A stretch of 48,380 nucleotides of DNA. Origin: a candidate division WOR-3 bacterium (lineage in GTDB: Bacteria > Hydrothermota > Hydrothermia > B15-G9 > WFZT01). Positions within the stretch are counted from its first letter, which is position 1. Each line of letters begins with the position of its first letter. A program made the translations under genes and the position numbers. The notes under the pieces are model-generated. The model was not told the origin of the DNA. It saw only the letters and a program-made list of their open reading frames with translations, and ran no database searches. Location of the stretch: NCBI GenBank assembly GCA_027053075.1, contig JALUEE010000027.1, forward strand, positions 1-48,380, read 5' to 3'. Positions 39,499 to 48,380 of the stretch are shown in pieces.

Positions 39499-42400
39499 AT
39501 GATGAATTTTCTGATACCGTTATTACTACTCCAATTTTATAGTGGGCATCTTCAGGATGTCCAACTTCTTGCGTCAGATTCCCTATGGAGTCTGGACTAT
39601 GCTCTGACGCAGGTAAAAAGTGATTATAAAACCACACCTGCACTACTTGAATTGAACCAGTATTTTGAGCTTTTTCTCGCCAATCGTGCAACCACTATTC
39701 CTGCCCGTGAGGTAACATTCAAAAGCCTGAATGCGCTCACCAGGAGTATGGATAAGAATACCGAGGAACTCGCTCTATTTAACATCATTGTTGAGAAACT
39801 CAAAAGTGGACGCTACCCTGATAAAGAGATCAAAACTTTTAAAGAAAATTTTGCCGGCAGCAGGCTTTATCCATATCTAAAACTTCAGGAAGCACTTTTT
39901 AACGTGAGAAAGGGAGATACACTCTTAGCAATCCAGGCGTTGAAAGACCTACTTGAGTATGGTGGAGATGTCTACCTTATAAAATCTGCACTTCTCTGGA
40001 TCGGAAAACTCTCAATCCTCACTGGAAACTACAAGGATGGGAACTATTATCTCAACAAGTTTACAAAACTCTTTCCACACGACCCGGTTGCAAAAGACCT
40101 CAACCTTATCCTGCTTGTCCTTTCGCTGAAGAAGAGGGACTTCGAGACAGCTTCCAGCATCATCAAAGAAAACAATTTCAAGGAATCTGATAAGCCACTG
40201 GTTTTACTAATCTCAGGATACATGGATATCCTGCAGGGAAAATTTGCTCTGGCGAGAAAGGAATTACAGGCCTCAGATTCCCTGCCGGCCGATGCCATAC
40301 CCCTTAAAACCTATCTTCTTGGATTCCTGGACTACAAAGCCGGAAACACCTCATCGGCCATCTCGCGCATGGATTCGGTAATTCAGAGTGGTAAAAAGGC
40401 CCTCATTCCTTATGCTAAGTTCATCAAAATCCTCGCGTTCAAAAAATCAGCAAAGCACAAAAAATACGTCAATTCCCTCGAAGATTTTATCAATAGTTAC
40501 CCGGACTCAAAACTCACTGCTTATGCCGCTTATCTACTCGGGCTTGAATATTTTAAGAAAAATGAGCTTGATAAGGCCCTTCAGTATTTTGAGAAGGCCC
40601 GTGACCTGGCGCAGGAACTTCCCATAAAGCCGCAGGTTTATTTCATGCTTGGTGAGATTTCTTTTCTCAAAAAAGATTACAAGGACGCCATAAACTATTT
40701 TTCGGTGGCTCAGGATGGGCTTAATGACAACAACTACAAAAGCTATGTCTCACTTCGCATAATCATGTCGCTTTACAACCTCAACAAGCTGGATGATCTC
40801 GTCTCCTACTCTGAGGAGGTGCTAAAGACCGCGCCGGATTCGGTAAAAGAGTGGATTCATTTCTACAGGGCAAAGACCTACATGAAAATGAAAATGTACC
40901 AGTACACTGAAGACGAGCTTGTCCATATTATTCGCTCGAGGGCGTTTGGAGATGTGCTCTACTATGCATATTTTGAGCGAGGACTACTTCACTACAAACT
41001 AAAGCACTACAGGACAGCTGAAAAATATTTCTACCAGGTGATTTCCAACTACTCGGATACCTCAAAAATTTACGAGCTTTCTTTTCTTTACATAGGCGAC
41101 TGCAAATTTAACAGACACCAGTATGGGCTCGCTGCAAGATACTACGAGAAATTCCTTGAAATGCATCCTCAGGACAATCTTTATTACAGTGCACTATGGC
41201 AGCTCGGCCTCACATACTATCGAATGAGGAAGTATGACAGGGCGCTTGATGTGTTCAATAAAGTCTATTCTTCCAATATAAAGAAATCTTTGAAAGATTC
41301 TGCACTTTTCATGATGGCAGAATGCTACAAGAGTCTTGAGGATTACGAGAAAGCTGCAGAGATTTACACGCAGATTTACAAAGACCCATCCTCTCACTTC
41401 CGTGCACTTGCCCTCTACAAACTTGGTGATATGTATTACAACCAGGAAATGTACGAGAACGCGTACGAAACTTATAGAAAGATTATTGAGGAATTTCCAT
41501 CAAGTGACCTTGTTGACGACGCCATCGAAGGTTTTCTCCAGAGTGCAGGTAAGATTGGAAAAGATCAGGAAGCATACGCCTTTTTTGATTCTCTAATCTA
41601 CAATTCGCCACCTGTAATTGCCGCCACCCTTATTTTTAAGAAAGGAGAGTACCAGTTTAACCAAGGCTGGTACGAAGAGGCAATCAAGACGTTTCAGGAG
41701 ATTGTAAATAGATACCCGAGCCAGAAGCTGCTTGACAAGGCCTACTTCTGGATTGGAATGGCCTACGTGAGGCTCGATAGCTGCGACAGTGCAATAGCTA
41801 ACTTTGAAAAGGCCGCTAAAATCCCTGAATCTTACTACTACATAGCTGAGTGCTATTTCAAAAAACAGGACTTTGTCAACGCTCGTGATAATATGCTCCT
41901 GTTCCTGAAAAATGCACACAACCAGACTATAAAATACCCTGAGGCGTACAGAGTGCTTGCATACTCATACATAAATCTTGGTGACACCACGGCTGCCGAT
42001 TCCATGATGCAGCAGCTCCTTATGAAGTATCCGGATAATCCCGCTGCCGACGAAGCAAGACTGTACCTCGCATCAAGGCTTGCACAGAGGGCTGAATATG
42101 ATTCTGCAATGGCTTTGATTAAAGTGATAAAGAAGAACCGTTCAGATGAGATTGCAGCAAAAGCCAGCCTCCTTCTTGCAGATATTTACCGCGACATGGG
42201 CGAGATCGAAGAGGCAATTATTGAATACATAACCACTTACAGGATTTATGAGAAGCTTTACCCGGAAGTCGCAGAGCAGGCCCTTGTGAGGGCTGGAGAG
42301 CTTTACGAGCAGCAAAATCGCCTTGAGGAGGCACTTACAGTCTATAGAAGGGCAATAAGGAAATTCCCAAATGCTCCCGACCGGGAAGAGCTCGAAAAGA

Positions 42401-42522
42401 AGGCAAAAGAGATAGAGCAGAAACTAATAGAAGAGAAGCTTAAAAAGGCCCCTCAGCCATCTCCGACAGCACCGGAATCCGGCAAAATTAAACCACCTCA
42501 AAAAGAGGAGGGCCAGCAATGA
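39499..42522 (+). CDS. large exported tetratricopeptide-repeat protein
   Basis: Hydrophobic N-terminus and many TPRs with YP.S/FP.S turns (CpoB/BamD-like). Confidence 0.85.
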   Translation: MMNFLIPLLLLQFYSGHLQDVQLLASDSLWSLDYALTQVKSDYKTTPALLELNQYFELFLANRATTIPAREVTFKSLNALTRSMDKNTEELALFNIIVEKLKSGRYPDKEIKTFKENFAGSRLYPYLKLQEALFNVRKGDTLLAIQALKDLLEYGGDVYLIKSALLWIGKLSILTGNYKDGNYYLNKFTKLFPHDPVAKDLNLILLVLSLKKRDFETASSIIKENNFKESDKPLVLLISGYMDILQGKFALARKELQASDSLPADAIPLKTYLLGFLDYKAGNTSSAISRMDSVIQSGKKALIPYAKFIKILAFKKSAKHKKYVNSLEDFINSYPDSKLTAYAAYLLGLEYFKKNELDKALQYFEKARDLAQELPIKPQVYFMLGEISFLKKDYKDAINYFSVAQDGLNDNNYKSYVSLRIIMSLYNLNKLDDLVSYSEEVLKTAPDSVKEWIHFYRAKTYMKMKMYQYTEDELVHIIRSRAFGDVLYYAYFERGLLHYKLKHYRTAEKYFYQVISNYSDTSKIYELSFLYIGDCKFNRHQYGLAARYYEKFLEMHPQDNLYYSALWQLGLTYYRMRKYDRALDVFNKVYSSNIKKSLKDSALFMMAECYKSLEDYEKAAEIYTQIYKDPSSHFRALALYKLGDMYYNQEMYENAYETYRKIIEEFPSSDLVDDAIEGFLQSAGKIGKDQEAYAFFDSLIYNSPPVIAATLIFKKGEYQFNQGWYEEAIKTFQEIVNRYPSQKLLDKAYFWIGMAYVRLDSCDSAIANFEKAAKIPESYYYIAECYFKKQDFVNARDNMLLFLKNAHNQTIKYPEAYRVLAYSYINLGDTTAADSMMQQLLMKYPDNPAADEARLYLASRLAQRAEYDSAMALIKVIKKNRSDEIAAKASLLLADIYRDMGEIEEAIIEYITTYRIYEKLYPEVAEQALVRAGELYEQQNRLEEALTVYRRAIRKFPNAPDREELEKKAKEIEQKLIEEKLKKAPQPSPTAPESGKIKPPQKEEGQQ

Positions 42523-44012
42523 AAAGATTATTCCTGTTACTGCTTCTTGGATTGCTCTCGGCACAGGAAAATCCAGAGCAAACCCCAGAACTCCCCCAGC
42601 TCAAAGTTGAAGAATTTACTATTGTTGGCATAGATACCTTCAGGGCGCAGAGACCGATCGTGGATGTGACACCGGGATTTAGAAGCTATATTCCTATTGG
42701 AGATCCCGACCTCGTGGGATTTGTCAGTGGTCAGTTCCCTGTCAAAACTTTTGAAATCAAAATTGAAGGCCATAAAGAGAGAAAATCATTTTTTAGGTCA
42801 TCTTTGGGAATGGGCTATGGGAATTATGTGCATCTCAGAATGCTCGGTGGTAAGCTCGGCAAGGGCTCAAGCATCCTCGGGAACTTGAAGATCACAGGTG
42901 CAATCGGTGGAAATCACGGGATAAATACCATAGACGGTTTTGTTTCTTTAAATGGGAAAAACGGCATTCTCTGGACTCTCACAGCATCTATATTCTCTAA
43001 AATGGAGAAAGCATCCAGGGTAGATACGATTCTGTCACATAAACTCTTCTCACCATCAATACACGGAAATTTAAGCTACCTCCCGGAAAATAACGGCTTT
43101 TTCACACTTGCCAGCCTTGATCAGGAATTTGTGGTAAACGATACCGGAAAATCTCATAACTTCTCGTGGACAAAATTTAATGCGTCAGTGGGTTATATTC
43201 TTGATAAGCCACTAAAAATTTCTGCTGACCTGAGTCTCGAAAAGCTCAAGTCAACAGGTGTTACATCGTTCGGTCTTGGTATGGGCACTATGCTCGGGAA
43301 GATAAAATCCTTGCTGAGTGCAGGATTTGCCGGCTCTTCAGAAGGTAAGTCCACACCTGTATTTGCTGCATCCCTCGTATTCCCCTTCGCTTCAAATCTA
43401 AAATTCGGCTTAAAGGTTTCAAAAACGCTTATGACCGCCGATTTTGGTTTATTTGAGGCAAACTCAGCTCTACTCGGAGATGTCTCAAAACCGCTGGAAG
43501 AGCAGACATCTATCACTTTATCAACCCATTACACAACCGGTACATTTGCCCTGCAGTTTGGTGCTGGCTACAGAGAATACACGTGGGCACCTGTTCTTGC
43601 TAAAGATTCAAGCAGATTCTGGGTACTCACCTCCGATACGACTTCAATCAGGGGAGCGATTCTTGAATTTTCACTCTACGATTATCGGCATCTCTCAATA
43701 AACGGGAGCTACTTCCTCACATCTCAGGAATTCCCGCGCGATACACTCTTTCTCAGAGGTCTCCTGGGGATCAGCTACACTTTGCCTGAGGGGCGGATCA
43801 TTCCGGGGGTTAGATTCGGCCTGAATCTTGCGAATTTCAACAGGCGCACAGTGGCTGAGGAAAGTTTCGAGATTTCAAAGAGCTTCACGAGGCACGTGGG
43901 TGCATTTATTGAAATTATAAATCCATTTAAAGAAGGGTTTGAGATTTTCGCACCAGATTATAAAATAAACAACGGGTTTTCACTTGCCCTTGGTTTAACC
44001 ATGAAATTTTAA
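42519..44012 (+). CDS. putative outer-membrane beta-barrel protein with TonB-box-like N-terminus
   Basis: Signal peptide, EEFTIVG, alternating amphipathic strands and a C-terminal ...LGLTMKF beta-signal. Confidence 0.6.
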   Translation: MKRLFLLLLLGLLSAQENPEQTPELPQLKVEEFTIVGIDTFRAQRPIVDVTPGFRSYIPIGDPDLVGFVSGQFPVKTFEIKIEGHKERKSFFRSSLGMGYGNYVHLRMLGGKLGKGSSILGNLKITGAIGGNHGINTIDGFVSLNGKNGILWTLTASIFSKMEKASRVDTILSHKLFSPSIHGNLSYLPENNGFFTLASLDQEFVVNDTGKSHNFSWTKFNASVGYILDKPLKISADLSLEKLKSTGVTSFGLGMGTMLGKIKSLLSAGFAGSSEGKSTPVFAASLVFPFASNLKFGLKVSKTLMTADFGLFEANSALLGDVSKPLEEQTSITLSTHYTTGTFALQFGAGYREYTWAPVLAKDSSRFWVLTSDTTSIRGAILEFSLYDYRHLSINGSYFLTSQEFPRDTLFLRGLLGISYTLPEGRIIPGVRFGLNLANFNRRTVAEESFEISKSFTRHVGAFIEIINPFKEGFEIFAPDYKINNGFSLALGLTMKF

Positions 44013-44027
44013 AGGAGGTCTTTTCCT

Positions 44028-44654
44028 ATGCAGTTCACATTACTTCAAATACTCGCAAAGGGTGGGATCATTGTATGGTTGATTCTTCTTTTATCTGTGA
44101 TCGGGCTTGCCATTGTCTTTGAAAGGCTTATGGTGCTGAAAAAGGCGAGAACCAATACCCGTATCTTCATGCTGGAGATCAAAAATATCGTATTGAAAGG
44201 GAACTTCGAGGAAGCACTAAGGCGAGCCCGTGAGTCAACCGGTCCCATCGCAGCCATTGTCTATGCAGGATTAAAGAGCTTTGGTGGCTCAAGGGAGGAA
44301 ATAAGAAGCTCTATCTCGGATGCAGCTGATATCGAGATTTACAGACTCGAGAAGCATCTTGATGGACTTGCCACCATTGCAAGCACTGCCCCACTTCTTG
44401 GATTTCTCGGAACGGTAACGGGAATGATCAATGCCTTTATGAAGATTCAGGCACTTGGAGGTGCTGTGGATGCCTCGGTTCTGGCCGGTGGTATCTGGGA
44501 AGCCCTCGTAACAACGGCAGTGGGCCTGACTGTCGGAATCATCTTTTACTATCTTTATAACTACATGGTTGGAAAGGTCCGCGAGATCGTTTATGAGATG
44601 CAGACCAGCTCAATTGAGCTACTTGACCTCTTGAGTGAGGTGAGCCAGTCATGA
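44028..44654 (+). CDS. exbB: MotA/TolQ/ExbB proton channel protein
   Basis: APLLGFLGTVTGMI and GIWEALVTTAVGL. Confidence 0.9.
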   Translation: MQFTLLQILAKGGIIVWLILLLSVIGLAIVFERLMVLKKARTNTRIFMLEIKNIVLKGNFEEALRRARESTGPIAAIVYAGLKSFGGSREEIRSSISDAADIEIYRLEKHLDGLATIASTAPLLGFLGTVTGMINAFMKIQALGGAVDASVLAGGIWEALVTTAVGLTVGIIFYYLYNYMVGKVREIVYEMQTSSIELLDLLSEVSQS

Positions 44655-45055
44655 AATTTGAGATGAAGCACAAGCCTATGTCCGTCTTCAACTTCATCTC
44701 CCTTGCCGACATTGTTCTGCTCCTGCTGATTTACTTTTTGCTCACCTCTACCTATGTGGTGCAAAAAGGCATTCGGGTGAGGCTGCCAAAATCTGTAACG
44801 AGTGAAAAAACCACAGTAAACAAGCAGATTACCATTACCGTTACAAAGAGCGGCGCCATTTTTCTCAACAATAAGCCCGTTTTACTAAAAGATCTTTCAC
44901 CAAAAATAAAGCAGCTTCTTGAGATTAATCCCAAGCAGATCATTGTTTTGCGGGCGGACGCCTCACTCCCCCTCGAGCAAGCTGTAAAAGTTCTGGACGA
45001 GGCAAAAAAAGCCGGCGGGGAGAAACTCTTGATCGCAACTTATAAAGAAGAATGA
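44651..45055 (+). CDS. exbD: ExbD/TolR biopolymer transporter
   Basis: SLADIVLLLLIYFLL with the conserved Asp, VRLP and LRAD. Confidence 0.9.
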   Translation: MKFEMKHKPMSVFNFISLADIVLLLLIYFLLTSTYVVQKGIRVRLPKSVTSEKTTVNKQITITVTKSGAIFLNNKPVLLKDLSPKIKQLLEINPKQIIVLRADASLPLEQAVKVLDEAKKAGGEKLLIATYKEE

Positions 45056-45660
45056 AGCTCAATAAGCCCATTTTATATTCAATCGCCATTCACGCTGTGA
45101 TTCTCCTGATCTTTGCATTCATAAAGATTAGCTCGCGACCGAAACCACCTGAGGAAAAATGGGTGGAGGTACAGACACTCCCCACAACAGTGATAAGAAA
45201 ACCCGCTCCAAAACCTGCCCTCGAGAAAACGAAAGCGGGGAAGAAGCCTCTGAAAACCGAGGAAAAGACTCCTGAGGAGAAACTGGTTGAGGAACGTATA
45301 CGCCAGGAGATGCTGGCAAAGAAAGAGATTGAAAAGAAAGAAAAGGAAATAGCCCAGCAGCTTTTTGGGAACAAAAGTGTGAATGTAAAGATTGAGGGGA
45401 TAATCAGTCAGAGAAGGCTAATTAATTACGTCCTGCCCCCACGGTTGCCACTCCTTTCAGATGTTACCATCAAAGTCAGAGTAACAGTTGACCCTCAAGG
45501 GTATGTGAAAAGGGTGGAATTTGTGAAGAAAGGGGATCCAAATGCCGAACGGAGCATAAGAAGTATACTCTATCAGTGGCGATTCGAGCCCCTCAAGAAA
45601 GGCATCAAACCCCACCTCGAAGAAGGCATAATCACATTCCACTTTGTAGTAGGCCCATAG
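45052..45660 (+). CDS. tonB: TonB-family energy transducer
   Basis: N-terminal TM with SxxxH (SIAIH), Pro/Lys-rich linker and TonB_C (VDPQG...WRFEP). Confidence 0.75.
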   Translation: MKLNKPILYSIAIHAVILLIFAFIKISSRPKPPEEKWVEVQTLPTTVIRKPAPKPALEKTKAGKKPLKTEEKTPEEKLVEERIRQEMLAKKEIEKKEKEIAQQLFGNKSVNVKIEGIISQRRLINYVLPPRLPLLSDVTIKVRVTVDPQGYVKRVEFVKKGDPNAERSIRSILYQWRFEPLKKGIKPHLEEGIITFHFVVGP

Positions 45661-45670
45661 AGAAGTTTTG

Positions 45671-45699
45671 TTGATTAATGTTCTGTATTGGAGTAAAAT
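45671..45699 (+). promoter_or_regulatory. putative sigma70 promoter (leaderless) of the CHAT-STAND-TPR gene
   Basis: TTGATT-N17-TAAAAT-N6-ATG(45706). Confidence 0.55.
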
Positions 45700-45705
45700 C
45701 TCGGT

Positions 45706-48380
45706 ATGCAGGAACCTTTGAAACTGGATGTTCATATATGGCAGGAAGAGGGGGAATATTTTTTAAAGGTTCAGGGTGATTCACCCACAAAATTCTCATT
45801 TCCTGAGCCCTACTGGAGCGAATACAAAAGGCATTACAAAGTTGACCCCCAGAAAGCACACCTCTTCGGTAATAGAATATTTGAAGTCACTTTTTCAAAT
45901 GAATCAAGACGAAAGCTTTTTGAAAAACTATTCCAGGAAGCAACAAACAATAAAAAACACCTCGTAATCAACATCTCCTCAAATATCCACGAAATTCAGG
46001 CAATCCCGTGGGAACTCCTGAATCCAGAGCCCAAACACAACTCATTTCTTGCAACAGGAGGAAATGTCTCCATCATCAGGTCAGTTCCCGGAGCCGCATT
46101 TTTATTTAATCCACCTGAAAAGCCACCGATAAAGATGCTCATAATCCTCTCCATGCCCATTGAAACATACAGGGAGAGGCCACTTGACCCATTAAGAGAG
46201 ATAGAGATAATTCGGGAGTCGGTCTCTGATTACCTCTCGTCCGGCCTTCTCGAAATAGATATTGAGGTTGAGGCCAACCGTGCTCGCATAAAGGAAAAAC
46301 TTGCCCGCGGTGGTTATCACATCATTCATTACATTGGGCACGGTGCAAAAGGAAGAAAACTTCTATTAGAAAACCAGAAAGATTTTACCCGAACCGACGA
46401 AATTGATGGAGAGGACTTTGCAGTTCTTTTCCAGCAGGTGAATGCTGGACTTGTGGTTTTAAATGCCTGTGAAACTGCTGCTCCCGACTTCGGGGCATTT
46501 TCATCTGCTTCATACTTTCTACACAGCCGCGGTGTCCCCATCGTAGTTGCACATCAGACCACTGTGAGTGATGAAGATGCCATTGAGACTACAAAGAAAC
46601 TTTACGAAGACATCTTCAGGCTCAGTTTCCCTGCCGAAGCACTGGATATGGCAAGAATAAAACTTCAGTCAGGTGGTGGTGAATGGTGGAATCCCGTTTT
46701 GTATCTTGGCATAAATCACAATATTTTTGAAAACGCGCTAAAGGAAAAGAGGGAGAAGAAAAACAGGGTATTTATCTCCCTTGGAATCTATTCACCGGGT
46801 AAACCCTTTGTCTATAGGTTTGAGCCTGTCAGGAAGGTGGCACATCACCTTGAAAATGCGAATATTGTGGTTCTACACGGTATTGGAGGCTCCGGGAAAA
46901 GCTCTCTTGCCGATTATACTGCCCATCTATTAAGGTCCCAATACGAGCACATTATCGGTGTTAAATTGCCAGATGAGAAAATAAACTCCCCCCATGAGCT
47001 CCTGCTCTATATCATAGATAGATTTATTGAGGGTGGTGTTGGACCTATTAGAAGATTGATGGAATTGAGGGAAGATACAGAGCAATTTAAAGAAAAGTTT
47101 TCCCACCTTGCCCCTATGAGCCTTTTTAAAAGATTTTTTGAAATTCTCGATTATCCATCAATACTGCTAATTTTGGACGATTTTGAAGGGTTACAGGATA
47201 GAGACTCAGGAGTTATTACTGTTACCTCCTGGAAAAACTTCCTTAAAAGTGTCAATAGCCATGAAATTCCCCTTAAGGTAATAATCACCACAAGACTGTC
47301 TCCTGCATTTACGGAAAGAGAACCACTTGAACCTGTGGTGCATATCAAAACTTTCAGCCTTGAAGAATTTAAGTATTTCCTCAATGAGTTGGTATCCGCT
47401 GGTGAATCGGATAAGGCAGAGAAATTACTGGGTAAATTTCCTGACCTTGTAAAATATGACTTCCATCCCCTTTATCTCAAACTTTTTGAGGATTATGACA
47501 GTGAGAGGGAGATTTTCTCGCATCCGGAGATGAAAAAGGTCCTTGAGTTCTATGAATATTACTTCAAAAATTTCCAAGAAATCCAGGGACTCCTCATACT
47601 TAAGCCACGAAGAGCTTTCCCGACATTTCTTAGCCGGGATTTCCTTGAAATCCTCATACCATTAAAATCGGGTATTCTGGATTTACTCCAGAATAAACTT
47701 AAAATTCTCTACCCGGAAGGAGATTTTTTCAGGGTCTATGGAGTAATAATCAGTGCATTGAGAAATAGAATTCCCTTTCCACCAGAGCAAAGAAAAGAAA
47801 TTGTGAAAAAGATAATGAACTTTGAACCCCGCGGAACAGGTGATACCATCCAATGCATACAGATTCTCGAGGAAGAGAAGAAATCCGAGGAAATTACTAA
47901 AAAGCTTGTTGCACTGTACGACAAACTTGCAAGAGATTTACAGGATCGAGGGAATTATCCGCTTGCACGAGGATTTATCAACAGGGCAATAGAACTTGCT
48001 GGAAAAGTTTATAACAAAAATGATGAAATATTTGGGATACTCTACAACAATTTAGCATCGATACTACAGGATATGGGGGAACTTGAGGAGGCTAAAAAAT
48101 ATACATTGAAGGCTATTAAAATAGATGAGAAGGCATTTGGCCCAGATCATCCCACTTTAGCTACTGATTACAACAATTTAGCACAAATACTACAGGATAT
48201 GGGGGAACTTGAGGAGGCTAAAAAATATACATTGAAGGCTATTGAGATTGATAAGAAGGCATTTGGCCCAGATCATCCCACTTTAGCTACTGATTACAAC
48301 AATTTAGCACAAATACTACAGGATATGGGGGAACTTGAGGAGGCTAAAAAATATACATTGAAGGCTATTGAGATTGATAA
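45706..48380 (+). CDS. CHAT (caspase-like) protease - STAND/NB-ARC-like NTPase - TPR protein (partial, runs off the window)
   Basis: Translated by hand, the frame is open for at least 891 codons: AIPWELL, HYIGHG (His 46339), VVLNACET (Cys 46468), Walker A GIGGSGKS (46879), Walker B LLILDD, IITTR, then 42-aa TPRs. Confidence 0.9.
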   Translation, partial: MQEPLKLDVHIWQEEGEYFLKVQGDSPTKFSFPEPYWSEYKRHYKVDPQKAHLFGNRIFEVTFSNESRRKLFEKLFQEATNNKKHLVINISSNIHEIQAIPWELLNPEPKHNSFLATGGNVSIIRSVPGAAFLFNPPEKPPIKMLIILSMPIETYRERPLDPLREIEIIRESVSDYLSSGLLEIDIEVEANRARIKEKLARGGYHIIHYIGHGAKGRKLLLENQKDFTRTDEIDGEDFAVLFQQVNAGLVVLNACETAAPDFGAFSSASYFLHSRGVPIVVAHQTTVSDEDAIETTKKLYEDIFRLSFPAEALDMARIKLQSGGGEWWNPVLYLGINHNIFENALKEKREKKNRVFISLGIYSPGKPFVYRFEPVRKVAHHLENANIVVLHGIGGSGKSSLADYTAHLLRSQYEHIIGVKLPDEKINSPHELLLYIIDRFIEGGVGPIRRLMELREDTEQFKEKFSHLAPMSLFKRFFEILDYPSILLILDDFEGLQDRDSGVITVTSWKNFLKSVNSHEIPLKVIITTRLSPAFTEREPLEPVVHIKTFSLEEFKYFLNELVSAGESDKAEKLLGKFPDLVKYDFHPLYLKLFEDYDSEREIFSHPEMKKVLEFYEYYFKNFQEIQGLLILKPRRAFPTFLSRDFLEILIPLKSGILDLLQNKLKILYPEGDFFRVYGVIISALRNRIPFPPEQRKEIVKKIMNFEPRGTGDTIQCIQILEEEKKSEEITKKLVALYDKLARDLQDRGNYPLARGFINRAIELAGKVYNKNDEIFGILYNNLASILQDMGELEEAKKYTLKAIKIDEKAFGPDHPTLATDYNNLAQILQDMGELEEAKKYTLKAIEIDKKAFGPDHPTLATDYNNLAQILQDMGELEEAKKYTLKAIEID
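48043..48380 (+). repeat. 126-bp near-identical tandem repeats encoding 42-aa TPR units
   Basis: Units start at 48043, 48169 and 48295 (YNNLAQILQDMGELEEAKKYTLKAIEIDKKAFGPDHPTLATD). Confidence 0.95.

Noticed and set aside
48043..48380. 126-bp repeats as CRISPR or DGR template/variable repeats
   Set aside because: They are contiguous in-frame coding repeats without spacers, and no reverse transcriptase is present in the window.
48378..48380. Terminal TAA as the stop of the CHAT gene
   Set aside because: It is out of frame (GAT AA.), so the gene continues past the window.

Overview
A 48.4-kb bacterial chromosome segment. The Ton system, lipoproteins, gingipain-type protease and A/V-ATPase suggest a diderm anaerobe; a WOR-3/FCB-like lineage is only an inference. 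From left to right it holds: the right end of an IS256-like element inserted into a dead rve/DDE transposase; comF; a ~12.5-kb minus-strand Wsp-like chemosensory operon (2 CheW, 2 MCP, CheA-REC, CheB, CheR-TPR, REC-GGDEF) that continues into proline dehydrogenase, a lipoprotein and a flippase; a C25 peptidase; an AAA+DUF4143 ATPase and an MntA/HepT toxin-antitoxin pair; a complete, probably Na+-coupled A/V-type ATPase operon; an accessory islet (HEPN gene with a premature stop, KAP NTPase, SDR remnant, wHTH-HATPase-STAS gene); a second lipoprotein; dksA-like/tlpA/dxr; a polysaccharide deacetylase; a TPR/beta-barrel/ExbB/ExbD/TonB operon; and a CHAT protease-STAND-TPR (NLR-like) gene that is absent from the ORF track because it runs off the window. 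The most notable non-obvious signals are: (1) two copies of a ~125-bp MITE, each inserted exactly at the -35 box of a sigma70 promoter; (2) a regulator gene bracketed by 47-bp direct repeats of phased TTGTCAACC boxes; (3) the caspase-like NLR with near-identical 126-bp repeats; (4) a recurring leaderless promoter geometry. All assignments come from motif reading by eye; no database searches were run.
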